Assembly (NCBI RefSeq): GCF_018350175.1
Contig: NC_058382.1
Location: forward strand, 53,260,001-53,324,000
DNA length: 64,000 nt
Source of the DNA: Felis catus
Taxonomy: Eukaryota
Direction: 5' to 3'
The notes below the pieces were generated by a model. The model worked only from the letters and a program-made list of their open reading frames with translations, did not search any database and was not told where the DNA came from. The stretch's first letter is position 1, and the number at the start of each line of letters is the position of its first letter. Shown here piece after piece: positions 25,090 through 37,226 of the stretch. A program made the translations under genes and the position numbers.

Positions 25090-25320
25090 ATCGTCATCGA
25101 GCGTTTACTGGGCCGGGCAGTTTGATGAGTGTTTCATATTCAAACTCATGCTGACTTCTCCCAAGAATTCTAGAAGGGGTGCCCATTTTACAGCCGAGGA
25201 CGCCGGCTGGCCCTTGGGAAGGTTAAGCAGCAGGCCCGAGGTCTCAGAGCGGTCAACGCTGGAGCTGGTCTACGAGCTCGCCCAGTCTGACCCCAAAACC
25301 AGACTCGTTACGCTTTGTTC
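25090..25320 (-). mobile_element. MIR SINE
   Basis: CCCATTTTACAGCCGAGG..GGTTAAG..CCCGAGGTC antisense core. Confidence 0.65.
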
Positions 25321-25899
25321 GACCAAACCTGACCATAGACGGATGTCACTCTGACTTGGAATCTGCTCCGGAGCTCTCTGAACCCCATCAGTCTTGTTCA
25401 ACTAGGAACAGGTTGTTTGTGGCACAGGACCTGAGAACAGATGCCTCCTGGAAATTCTTCAGATGCCATGAGATCTGCCACCTTGAAATGTCAAAGCAGC
25501 AAAATTCAAACCCAGGGGCTGTGGGTGCCAGAGAGACAGCTGGCATCTTTTCCACCCCACCAGATAAGGTCAGGAATGGTCATCCGAATCCGAGAATGAC
25601 AGGCACCATTGTCTGGGCACCTCCCATGTCTCAGGCCCTGGCTTCCAGGCGTGATACACGTATGCAAGGTGCCCATCTGACACGGACACTCTCTCACCCC
25701 CCCCCCCCTTTCACAGAGGAGGAAGCTGAAACTCAGGAAGACAAAACAACTTGGGCCTACAGTTAACGATCTGAAAAGTCAGACTTGGAGTCCTTATCTG
25801 TGTGGCCGCTCACGGTGAATTCTCTTCTAGATCTCGTACTGAGAGAAAGAAATAGAAAGTACTACTTTTCCTTTTTAATTTCAAAGACGACTTTCAAGA

Positions 25900-26465
25900 A
25901 AGAAGAACACAAAGGATGATTACTCCAGCAAATATGAAAGTTTAACATAAATATCATGCAAGTGTTCTGTCCTAGTGTAAGAATCAATAAACAGGTCAAT
26001 GAAACGCAACACCCTTGAAACATTTTATGTGTGCGCGTGCGCGCACGAGAGAGAAATTAAAGCCAATAAAAGATTCATCAGAACCAATGGAGAAAGGAAG
26101 ACCCTTTTGACAATGCTGTTTTAAAACTTGTTATTTATGAAAAAAACAAAGTCTACATCCCCTAATACCAAAATAAATTATAGATGGATTAAAAATTTAA
26201 AAGTCAGATATCAAAATCATAAAAATAAAAAAGTAGGAGTGAAGAGTTAACTGACACAAATGAGGAAAGTCTTTCTAAATATAAAAGCAAAGGAAGAATA
26301 TGTTTAGATGCAAATATAGTACATGTAAAAATACAATTAAAAGGCAAGAGATAGACGGGAAAAAGTTTTTACCACAAATATAACAAAGGGTTAAGCCACA
26401 ATATATAAATAGCTATGAGAAATCAACAAGGAAAACACCAACCATCATGTCAAATGGGAAAAAAA
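25900..26465 (+). mobile_element. Old L1 (L1M-type) ORF2 fragment
   Basis: A-rich; ACCAAAATAAATTATAGATGGATTAAAAATTTAAA and CAATGGAGAAAGGA motifs typical of the L1 ORF2 3' region. Confidence 0.75.
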
Positions 26466-26477
26466 ATGTTGGGGAGG

Positions 26478-26686
26478 GGGGTGCCTGGGTGGCTCATTCA
26501 GCTAAGCGTCCGACTTCAGCTCGGGTCATGATGTCATGGTTTGGGAGTTCGAGCCCCATGTCGGGCTCTGGGCTAACAGCTCACAGCCTGGAAACTGCTT
26601 CAGATTCTGTGTCCCCCCCCCCCCCCCGTCTCTGCCCCTCCCATGCTCATGCTCTGTCTCTCTCTGTGTCTCAATAACAAACAAAC
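26478..26686 (+). mobile_element. Can-SINE (felid SINEC)
   Basis: GGGTGCCTGGGTGGCTCA head, B box GTTCGAGCCC, CT-rich region. Confidence 0.95.
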
Positions 26687-27097
26687 TCTGGCCTCACGGA
26701 CTACTAGCAGAGGAGTAAAATCCCAACAATCCTGATACCAGGTCTCTGACCGCTCAGCCCCCCAGTGAGCGCAAGGGAGTCCGCATACAAAGGACGCCCC
26801 TCCCCCCTCCCCACCCTGCTCATCTCCAACAGACACCTGCTGCCCATCATGAGCTCCCCTTGCCAGGCATCCGTTTCCCTGTGTGCGCCACGGAGGTGGA
26901 AGGGTCACCTGGGGAAGGTCCAACGAGGTACACAATGGAGGTGCAGTCTTTCACAGCTCAGGCTGGAAATGAACAATTCTGCATTTAAATACGAGCCTCA
27001 GGACTTTTTCCCCTTCTGTTGCACGTAGGGCAGAGCGGCTACCCGAGGGTCCTCAGGAGAAGGCAAGGAGTCGGTGCATAAAAGATTAGCATCGTCA

Positions 27098-27330
27098 GGG
27101 GTGCCTGGGTGGCGCAGTTGGTTAAGCGTCCGACTTCAGCCAGGTCACGATCTCGCGGTCCGGGAGTAGTTCGAGCCCCGCGTCGGGCTCTGGGCTGATG
27201 GCTCAGAGCCTGGAGCCTGTTTCCGATTCTGTGTCTCCCTCTCTCTCTGCCCCTCCCCCGTTCATGCTCTGTCTCTCTCTGTCCCAAAAATAAATAAACG
27301 TTGAAAAAAAATTTTTGAAAAAAAAAAAAA
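27098..27330 (+). mobile_element. Young SINEC_Fc-type Can-SINE with perfect TSD
   Basis: CpG-rich intact body, A tail; identical AAAAGATTAGCATCGTCA on both sides. Confidence 0.98.
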
Positions 27331-29795
27331 AAGATTAGCATCGTCAGCCACTGGGCATAACCACAGTGAACTGGGACTCCTAGTACCACTGTCAATATCG
27401 TTCCACGATTATTGCTATTAGCACTGTCCCTACTAACGACTACTGTGACCGCTGCTGCCATAACTTCTAATGTCACGACCACTGTTGCCGCTGCAGCTGC
27501 TACAGTTACTGTCGTGACCCCAGGAAGTTCTGTGCGTTCACAGCAACCACGCGTGCCCGAACTGGGGGAGATCATCCTGAATGCAATTACTCTGCCTCAT
27601 CTCGGAAAGTTCTCCGTCTATGCACCTGCTGGTGCAGAAAATATTTGCGCCCGTGGTCCCAGGCGTCGTTGAGCCAAGCGGCAAGCCGATGGCTCCAAGT
27701 TTGGTGGGGTCGTTGTAGGAACTCGATGTACCACATTACCCTCACTCCTGTCCCTGCCCCCCACCAAGTGCTGCCACTGTGGAATCGTTCCCCTGCCAAG
27801 AATGAGACGCGGTTTCCAGTGGGGAAGGGAGAGGCCCAAGTTGGGGCAGCCGCAGAATGGCAGGGCCCACATTCGGACCAAGCGCTCCCAGGGTTCCCGC
27901 AGTCCCTACGCTCCTGGGGTTTTCTACGATTCCAAAGGAGCCTGGGTGCTGGCACGGGCCACCATCCTGATGGCAAGAGATAGGTTCTGGAACGAGAAGC
28001 TAAGCTGGGGCATCCCAGTTTTCCTGACTCCCAAGCACTGCGGTCACTCAGTGACCATTTCCTCTGCCTACTCATGAGAATCCTCGCGGCAAGTTCTATG
28101 ACCTGGACGCTGGGAACGCAGGACTCGGGGGCCCCTGGAGGAAAGCCTTTGCAGGACGCAGCTGAGCAGGGACAGCGGTTGGGACCTCGATACCCTGAGG
28201 AAGCACAAAGGCCAGGCGAGCGCCCAGAGGCCGATAGCCAGGAAGGCAAACAGGAAAGCGGACTCCTGGGCCTGTGGGGCCTCTCGCTGGCTGGGCCTGG
28301 TGTCCCCAAGGTCCCCCTGGTGCGTGTTATTTTTGGACCGGACCACGTGATAAGTAAGCCTGTTGGATTAGATAGAGCCAAGGCCGGTTTCCAGACCGGT
28401 GTCGCCCGAACCACTCGGGTCAGCGGCTCGGGGGGTGAGGCCCGTGGCGGGATTCCAGATCACGATGCTCCCAGCGGCCTCGGCGCTCTCCGAGGCTCAT
28501 GGGTCACAACGGGGGAGCTGCTGGAGAAAGGGGGAACTGTGCTCTTCCCTGGCATGAGAACTCCCGGGCAGCACACAGGGTCAGGCCTGCTGGCGAGCTA
28601 AGCCGCCCGGGGCCCTAGATGGTTCTTGGGAGCTCAGACTTTCTGCCCCCGCCCCCACTCTGATGGGTCAGCTGGGTTTCCCAGGTTCGGAGAAACTGGC
28701 TTCCTTCCCTTGGGGACTCACACCTCCACCCCGCGGCGGCTCCCTGCCCTGCCCTGGCGACCACAGCAAGCAGATGGCGATAGATTTCAAGGGAGGAGTT
28801 TCGAGGTGGTTGGTTTCTGCGTAATCTACACCCTGCGCGGTCTTTATTTCCTAAGTTGACAGAGCCTTTTCTATAAAAGAGAAGAAACTATCTCAGGGCT
28901 TGGCACACCAAGCGCACACACGTGTGTGTGTATGCGTGCGTGCACACAGCTGTGTCTTTCTGTCCACCACTCCCCACAACCATGTAAGTAATAAAAATCA
29001 GCAACATTGAGATTTTTTTTTTCCTTTTTTTTTTTTAAACAAAGCAGAATCGTGCCGCTGTGAATTTTGCATCTCACTGGACAAAGCTATTCAGGTGATA
29101 ACATCATGCGCAGGGACAGGTCCTTCCCAGGCTTGTCAAAGGACAAGAGACAAAGGCCAGCGGGTACTACCTATGTCAGTCAGTATCACTCCCCCAGGGT
29201 CTTGTAGATAGCAGCAGCAGGGACAGAAGGGGGTTCAGAGCCAGAGGGAGCTGGGGCTAACATTGGCACGATGGCACCTGTCCTTTCCAGGGCCTTCTCC
29301 ATTCCGGCTGTCCCTACGCATAAGATCCCAAGGGAGCCATGCTGAAGCCTTGGCGCTGAGATCACAGGGCTGGGACGGACACACGGCGAATGCACGACAA
29401 ACACCTGGGTGTTGCAAGACCCCCCTCCTGCTTTTCCAGAACCTGTTCTCTCCCACCTTTTAGTAACTTCCTGGGAGCGGACAAGGCAACGCTCTTCTGT
29501 CAAAACACTCCATCTTCTGGGATGGCACACTCCGGGACCCCGCCGGTATGGCCGAGTCTCAAGGCTCAAGTGTGCAGCTGAGCAATGTCTCATGCTACAT
29601 ACGAAGCCATTACACCAAGAGCCCCTGGCTGCACTTTGGACTAAAAGATGGGGACATGCTTGTAAACTTCTGTTTGCAAGTCTATAAAGGGAAGATTTTT
29701 AAAGCCACAGAGCAGACAGGAGGATGTGGCGGCTATGGGGAAAAGGAAGCCTGGCTATGGGATGGATGAGCACACACAAAGTAAGAGCAATGACT

Positions 29796-30022
29796 CTTTT
29801 TTTTTTTTTAATTAAAAAATTTTTAGGTTTGTTTATTTGAGAGACACAGAGACAGTGTGAGCAGCGGAGGGGCACAGGGAGAGGAAGGCAGGGAATCCCA
29901 GGCAGGCTCCATGCCACCAGGGCAGAGCCCCCAGCGGGGCTTGAACTCACCAACCGTAAGATAACGAGGTGAGCCCACACCAAGAGTCAGACACTTAACT
30001 GGCTGAGCCACGCAGGCACCCC
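29796..30022 (-). mobile_element. Can-SINE
   Basis: Reverse-complement head CTGAGCCACGCAGGCACCCC and T-rich tail. Confidence 0.93.
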
Positions 30023-30029
30023 ACTCTTG

Positions 30030-30215
30030 AGTGCCGTGTGACACAGCAGAAACCAGCTATGGATGGCTATTTCAGTTAACAAAAATTCGCTAGAATTAAA
30101 AATTCAGTTCCTCTGTGACACTAGCCTTATTTCATCACACATGGCTGGGGGTGACCACCAAGGACAGCACAGATGTCCATTTTCATCATCTGAGAAAGTT
30201 CTATGGGACAGTGCT
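30030..30215. mobile_element. MER3-like hAT-Charlie MITE
   Basis: AAAAATTCAGTTCCTCTGTGACACTAGCC and GAAAGTTCTATGGGACAGTGCT end. Confidence 0.75.
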
Positions 30216-30680
30216 CAGATAGAGATTTAGGAATTCTGAGTGATTTCAAAATGTTATTTTCCTAAAGGACACCCTATCATTTTTTTCCTGTAAAGGAAAA
30301 CACTAGAAACAACGTTTCAGGTCTCAAAACTGGTTAATATCGTTCTACCACCACTACCTCAAAAGGGCAAACCTAATACCACAGATTGATCCTGATAGTA
30401 TCAAATTGGTAGGCTTGATACTCTTTAGTATTATTTATGTCTGGCCATGGCTGAGATGACCCCATGAAAACTCCAGGGCTATTGTGTATGAGCTCAGTCT
30501 TGAGCCAGGGCCATCGGGTTCCCCAGAGGAAGGGAGTGTCCATCATCTCCCAGGAGACCACTGGACATGCATTTCTGTCGTTGGTTTCCTTATTAACTCC
30601 TAGAATATTAACTAGATGGTCTTTGAGACTTTCCCTCCGTGGTTTGAAATTCCATCCTTAACTATTGGGGTGGGGGGGAT

Positions 30681-31066
30681 GGGGCACCTGGGTGGCTTAG
30701 CGGGTTAAGCGTCCGACTTCGGCTCAGGTCATGATCTCACAGTTCGTGGGTTCGAGCCCCGCGTCAGGCTCTGTGCTGATAGCTCGGAGCCTGGAGCCTG
30801 CATTGGATTCTGTGCCTCCCTTTCTCTCTCTGCACTCCCCTCACTCGCCATCTTTCTCAAAAATACACATTAAAAAAATTTTTTAGGGGCACCTGAGTGG
30901 CTCAGTTAGTTAAGCATCCCACTTCGGCTCAGGTCATGATCTCATGGTCTGTGAGTTCGAGCCCCATGTGGGGCTCTGTGCTGACAGCTCAGAGCCTGGA
31001 GCCTGCTTCGGATTCTGTGGCTCTCTCTCTCTCTCTCTGCCCCTCCCTCACTCGCGCGCGCGCGCG

Positions 31067-31097
<31 letters not shown>

Positions 31098-31336
31098 AAA
31101 AATACACATTAAAAAAATTTTTTAGAGGCACCTGAGGGGCTCAGTCAGTTAAGCATCCCACTTTGGCTCAGGTCATGATCTCATGGTTTCTGAGTTTGAG
31201 GCCTGCGTCGGGCTCTGTGTTGACAGCTCAGAGCCTGCAGCCTGCTTCGGATTCCATGTCTCCCTCTCTCTCTGCCCCTCCCCTGCTTGTGCTCCATGTC
31301 TCAAAAATAAATAAACATCAACAATTTTTGGAAAAA
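30681..31336 (+). mobile_element. Three head-to-tail Can-SINEs (starts 30681, 30886, 31125)
   Basis: Three complete heads, bodies and tails; outer TSD-like TATTGGGGTGGGGGGGA/TATTGGGATGGGGGGA. Confidence 0.96.
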
Positions 31337-31494
31337 TATTGGGATGGGGGGAGAACGCAAGCCTGGCAAAACAAAGAACTATAGAACAGATGTTACAAAG
31401 CATACCGGGAAATTCAGAGCAACTTTGGCTCTCCAGTGCTAACAAATCAAATTGGAGAAGCCATCTCTGTGGTTAAAGGCGGGGGAAGGCAGAG

Positions 31495-31669
31495 CTGGAC
31501 CAGCTACACAGTTTAAAAGGCCTACTGCAAAATGACAATTCGAGACCTCTTGCTCAAAAATGATCAAGAATTCCAGGAATAGGAGACCAGAGCATTAAGC
31601 CGAGTGTGGCCCTCCTGAGCAGGAGGCTTGCATGACTGCACGCATCACACCCCCAGGAAGCCTGTCCTG
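31495..31669. mobile_element. MER45A-like hAT-Tip100 MITE
   Basis: GACCAGCTACA..TGCAAAATG..CAGAGCATTAAGCCGAG..GACTGCAC..GAAGCCTGTCCTG. Confidence 0.7.
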
Positions 31670-31760
31670 ATAGAGAACTTTAATTTTTCACAAACTACTG
31701 GAAAAAAACTGATTCCACTAGAAAATAGTGGGTGTTCTGAAATCTACCAGTATATAGAGT

Positions 31761-31761
<1 letters not shown>

Positions 31762-31802
<41 letters not shown>
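31762..31802 (+). repeat. (GT)n microsatellite
   Basis: Direct inspection. Confidence 0.99.
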
Positions 31803-31803
<1 letters not shown>

Positions 31804-32260
31804 ATAAAAACACCAATATCATCAAAGACTTGAGACCACACGGACCCTCAAAATTCATCTCATTGGGTAAAAACCCCCAAAACTCCTACCTTTGTGACCA
31901 CAGGGTTATGACCACCTTATTATATGGTAATCTGAGACAGTTTGCTTTAAATGGTATTTCCGGGTAACGCAGGTGAAAATCCAAATCAACCCGATAATTA
32001 TTTTCTTTCCTTTTCTGAGTGAGACATTAGAGATCTAATTCGGAAACAATACCTAGAGAATACGCTTCTCAGTCACAAACCTTAATTTATACCAGGTTCT
32101 GTTAAGTTGTGCAGTGCTCTGGGAAGGAGAAAACCCCGCAAGTTGGAACGGGTTTCAGCATGTTGGACCCACGCAGCAAGTGATGAGATCATTTTCAAGG
32201 TTCCCAGCAAGTGAGTCCATCTTCAAGGAAATTCCTAAAAATTAAAACTATTCCATTTCA

Positions 32261-32490
32261 GGGCGCCCAGATGGCTCAGTCGGTTGAGCGTCCAACTTCG
32301 GCTCGGGTCATGATCTCACGGTCTGTGGGTTCGAGCCCCACGTCGGGCTCTGGGCTGACCGCTCGGAGCCTGGAGTCTGCTTCGGATTCTGTGTCTCCCT
32401 CTCTCTCTGCCCCTCCCCCACTCATGCTCTGTCTCCCTCTGTCAAAAATAAACATCAAAAAAAATTTTCTTCAATTAAAAAAAAATTTTT
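32261..32490 (+). mobile_element. Can-SINE (felid SINEC)
   Basis: Complete head, body and tail. Confidence 0.96.
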
Positions 32491-32913
32491 TTCCCATTTG
32501 ATGTGAGACCATGATAGTGTCACAAGAAGCATCCTGCTTCACACGAAGACCCACGAACAAACTTTTACAAGCACTGGAAAAAGTTGGCCATCAACCGTAT
32601 TTTTTGTATTTTATTGCTGGCCTCAGGCAGTAACACTGTGTGGTCAACGGCAAGGCAAGAATGGGGAATTGGGAGCCGGCCCTAAATTAATACGGACATG
32701 GCTGTATGTTTAGGGAACAGAGTAAATGCTGTTGAAAGAGAGAAGACACCGACCAGGAACACACCCTCCTTCAAATCCCGCCTCTATCGCTCACCAGCTA
32801 TGGGACCTTGGGCATATTATTCCTCTCCTGCCTCAGTTTCCTCTTCTGTTAAACGGAGGCAATAAGAATTCCTGCCCCATGTACACATGTGTAGACTAAA
32901 GTCAAGAGGCCCC

Positions 32914-33133
32914 AGGGCACCTGGGTGGCTCAGTCGGCTGAGCGTCTGACTTCGGCTCAGGTCATGATGTCACAGCTTGTGAGTTCGAGCCCCGTGTCAG
33001 GCTCCGTGCTGACAGCTCAGAGTCTGGAGCCTGGCTCGAGGTCTGTGTCTCCCTCTCTCTCTGCCGCTAACCCACTCACATTCTGTCTCTGTCTCTCTCA
33101 AAAATAAACAAACATTAAAAAAATATTTTTAAA
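32914..33133 (+). mobile_element. Can-SINE (felid SINEC)
   Basis: Complete; TSD AAAGTCAAGAGGCCC/AAAGACAAAAGGCCC. Confidence 0.96.
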
Positions 33134-33184
33134 AAAGACAAAAGGCCCATAATACAGTACAGTGAATATCAACAATTGTTATAA

Positions 33185-33321
33185 AGTATGCAATGCAATA
33201 AATATTATTACCATGGCAACTGTATTGCAATATATAAATGTATCAAAGTCACTCACTGTACCTTCAATTTATACAAGGTTGCATGTCAAATTTATCCAAT
33301 TAAAAAAAGGAAAAAAAAAAA
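33185..33321 (+). mobile_element. L1 3' end with A tail
   Basis: GCAATATATAAATGTATCAAA..CTGTACCTT..TGTCAAATTTATCCAATTAAAAAAA. Confidence 0.8.
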
Positions 33322-33673
33322 CCTTAACCAGACAACTGACCAACTACTGATATTAACATTGGAAATTACATTGGGGAGGATGGACTTCTATGAAATATTT
33401 ATGAACTGTAACTAAGGAGCAATCTAAATACAGAGAAATAACTTTCTAGGCTCAGATATTGGGACACAGGATTTGACAACCATAGCTCACTTATGGGGGC
33501 AAGGATATAGAATATTTTAACACACATCTCTGTCGGGAAATGTAGGGCGTGTGATTGGCAAGGAGAATTTCGGGAATTTCTTTTATGAAATTCAGTACAC
33601 GGTACTATGGGTGAAGGGAATGAGACAGTGAAGACAGAAAGACCTGGAGACTCAGAAGCATCCACACACATAT

Positions 33674-33888
33674 GGGACACATGGACGGCTAGGTCTGTTA
33701 CGCGGCCAACTTCGGCTCGAGTCACGATCTTGCGTTCGCGAGTTCAAGCCCCACATCAGGGTCTGTGATGACAGCTCAGAGCCTGAAGCCTACTTTGGAT
33801 TATGTCTTCCTCTCTCTCTTCCCCTCCCCCATTAGTGTTTTCTCTCTCTCTTTCAAAAATAAAGAAACATTAAAAAAAATTTAATTAA
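33674..33888 (+). mobile_element. Diverged Can-SINE
   Basis: GTTCAAGCCCC..GACAGCTCAGAGCCTG..AAAAATAAA. Confidence 0.9.
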
Positions 33889-34478
33889 AAGATGCATACA
33901 CACACACACGACTTGATCTTGAAAATATACTTAGAAATACCTTAATACCTTTGTGGAAAATTCCTAAAATTTAATTAATTTTAAAGCAAATGAAATACCA
34001 TGTCCTCTATATTGCTGCATAGATGCAAAATATAGCTCCTTCTGGAATGGATTTTAACTCAATTCACCATGAAAGAGTATTTAAGATTCATCAGAGCTGA
34101 GTTAGGTCCCAAGGAGTTTGGTTGCTGATGTCCTAAAGGCTGTTTATGCAGATGCTTTACAATAGAAGGTTCCATAAAGCATAAATCCTACAAACCACAC
34201 AGAAGCGAGGCAGGTACTAGACATTTTTCTACAAGTGATTCTTTCTCTTCTCTCTCCACTATCCCAGTCCAGACCCTTAGTTTATTTTGGTTTACAAATT
34301 ATATGTGTGTGCAGGATATGCCCATACATATAATAGAGCATATACAGTATAAGCCTCTTTTTTCCTAAACACATTCCTAACACATGGGCTCAGGAAAGAC
34401 ACAGGTTCACAAAAAACTGAGATCTGTTGCTTTTAATAAACATATCATGGATTTGATGTAGTGGTTGTTTTCTTTTTT

Positions 34479-34577
34479 AGACTTGATTTATCTGTCACTT
34501 TCTTTCTCAATTTGATTTATTGGTCAATTTCTTTTCAAGATTTGATTTATTGGCCAATTTCTCTTCAAGATTTGATT
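34479..34577 (+). repeat. ~30-bp tandem repeat, ~3.3 copies
   Basis: TTTGATTTATTGGYCAATTTCTYTTCAAGA unit. Confidence 0.9.
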
Positions 34578-35689
34578 AAAACACATTACATAAGTCTTCG
34601 CAGATCTATTTCTAAATATCATATATATTTCTAAGTATGGATGTTTAAAGTCTTTATTCATAAGTGTTCTGGATTGATGCCTGTTTTTCATTATTATTTT
34701 TTTCTTTACTCCAGGTAGTCATTTATTCTGTGATCGGAATCAGCATAAACAAACCATAACGTCCAATTGTGTAATGAATTACTCAGCTCTCCGATTCAGA
34801 GAGGAAAGAGGCCTAAGATATAACAAGGTAAAAACAGCTTGTTGGTGGGGCAGGAGAGGGGGGGATCCCATGTTGGTTGATTCGTCTTCCATCTCTAGAT
34901 TTACGGACACGTTACGAAACATTTCCACAAGGCTTCTAGCGCAACATCTCCAGTGACCATTAATTAGTCTGTGGCTACATAGATGGCCTTGAAGATGGAG
35001 AGTCGCATAACATTCTGGGAAACATTTTATTTTAATGGACTCAAAGTGTTCTGTTCCTTCTCTCGTCTTGGTGCCTCTCTACAGACTACCAGACGAGCCA
35101 ACACCTTGGTACCCTGCCCACCAGACTCAAGGACTCATGACAAGACAGCTCGGTAGGACCCCGGGATTGTGGGTGCCCTAGGGAGAGTGGCCCACGCCCC
35201 AAAAGTTTAGTATGGCGGTATGGCAGAGTAGGGGAGCCCGGAGCCCCCCACCATGACGTTTCAACATCTTTGGGTAAGGAAAACCTTCACTAACCACCAC
35301 CGCCCGTGGGCGCCTCGGGGACGGCGGGATCTGGGCTGACTTGGTTCATCTTCTATGTTAGCAGATGTCACCGTCGTCCAAAAGAAAAACATCCTCCCAT
35401 CCTTCCACCCACAAGCAAATAATCTTAGCCTAGGATCTTTGTCGCATAAAAACCGCATTACCTACTTTGGAGGGTGGTCCTCGCGTTTAAATGAGGGGAC
35501 GCTTGCAAAGGGCCGAGCCCCGTGCTCAGAGCTGGCAGCTGCTGGGATCAATTTCAAAGGAGGATGGCAGCTAACAAGGCGAACAGCTGGGACAGCAGCC
35601 AGGATGTGCCCGGCAGAGGCACATGAGGGCGGTCCTACAGACAATCCCCCATTTACAGCTGGGTAAACTGAGACGAGGTCAGTTCGCAT

Positions 35690-35818
35690 CAGCAGAGCTG
35701 GGGAACAGCAGAGCTGGGGAACAGCAGAGCTGGGGAACAGCAGAGCTGGGGAACAGCAGAGCTGGGGAACAGCAGAGCTGGGGAACAGCAGAGCTGGGGA
35801 ACAGCAGAGCAGCAGAGC
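35690..35818 (+). repeat. 16-bp minisatellite (CAGCAGAGCTGGGGAA)x7 plus partial copies
   Basis: Seven identical units at 35690-35801. Confidence 0.98.
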
Positions 35819-37226
35819 GCCCAAGATGGGGCGGAGCCGCTCCTCAGGACACGACACTGTCTGTGAAAGCAAAGCACGCGGGAGCTCTAAGCTATTCAAC
35901 CGTCTCAGGTCATCGGTGGCAAATCCCAGGTGGGGAACCCGCATGTGTTCGGCAAGGACCGAACTTTACCGATTCTCCACCTGGCCCTTGTCACAACTGG
36001 CGAAGCCCAGTTTCCATCACACGGGCCACCTCCTCAGGGTGGAGGCCTCCCTTCCGGTTGACCTCCCTGTGAAAACGATCCCCTCTGGTTCCATGTTGTC
36101 TGTCTGGAGCCTGCCACCAACGTGGGTCACCTTGCAGCGTCTGCTAAAGTGCCACAGCAAACACCACAGCGGGAAAGGCAAGAGAGCCCCAACTCCCCTC
36201 AGCAGTCCTGATTCTCACTAACCCGGAAGGTTCAAGACCATCGCCCTCCATACAGTGAATCTAGGGAAAATGACCTTTCCATGACAGCAGCTTACGGAGT
36301 GATGATTGCACAGATCAAGGAGGGCTTCTAAAGACAACCGGAAGGAAAGCGACCTCCTAAATGGTTCTGGGTCCAGAGCACCCGCGGCAGTGAGCCGAGT
36401 TCCCACACAGATGATCTGGCATCGACCACCGAGGCCAGAGAAGCTCCTTGCATCGCTAACGGTCTCCCTCCAAGGCGCCAGAGGTGGATCGAGAAAGAGC
36501 CTCTCCGGGCTGCAGGTCACATCCAGGACCATGGCCTCCGGGGCCTCCACAGGCCGCTTCTACCGTGGCCGGGGTCGGGGTCCACTTAGAAGGCCACCCC
36601 ACCGCTCGGAGAGCAGGCCGAGCGCACCGAGGCCTCACAGGCACAGGCCCTCTGCCTTGTGGGAGCCGCACAGCACCCCAACCCGGGCCGCTCCCCTGAA
36701 GGACCGCTGTAGGCAAGACCGCACCCTCACCGTTCAGAGGGGTGACCCGGGAAGAGACGACCTCACAAGTGTTGCGTCTCCAGCCGGGACTCGCTCCCCA
36801 GCTGTGCTCCGGCGAAGCACAGCAGCCACGGTCCTCGAAGGGCTCCTCTTCCTCTCCTCAGAGGGCCTGGCCACCAAGGGCACCCAGGGCGCGATTGCCA
36901 GTTTGGCAACACGTATACGTGAGGGCCATCCTCTCATTCACAGTCCGTCTCCTTCCTCGCAACGTGCTTGGCCCAGACACGCACCCCCTGAGGGGAAGTT
37001 AGGGAAGCACAGGGCCACACTGAAGCTGGGGGAAGCCCTCCCCCGTTTCTTGAGATTCCCAACTTGACCCGAACGATTCCAAGTGAGAAGGATGCGGCCC
37101 ATGCTGTCTCCAGGATCTTTTGAAACAGAGGTCACCTTCCTCATCGCCCTGCTGGCTGCCGTGTCCCCGGGTGGTGGCTCTAAGGGCCACAACCCTCTCT
37201 TAGGGGCCACCTGATGGCTTTGAGTC

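Noticed and set aside
27098..27190. tRNA gene (A/B boxes)
   Set aside because: tRNA-derived SINE head followed by CT tract and A tail; not a tRNA gene
27412..27672. Thr/Ala/Val-rich mucin-like ORF
   Set aside because: Degenerate trinucleotide low-complexity DNA with a non-ATG start
27587..28601. 275-aa and 175-aa ORFs
   Set aside because: GC-rich, overlapping on both strands, no domain signature or exon structure recognised
35690..35818. CRISPR-like or true immunoglobulin switch array
   Set aside because: No unique spacers, no cas or Ig constant exons, and only ~130 bp long
36306..37067. 253-aa Arg/Pro/Ser-rich ORF
   Set aside because: Non-ATG start and composition typical of stop-poor GC-rich non-coding DNA
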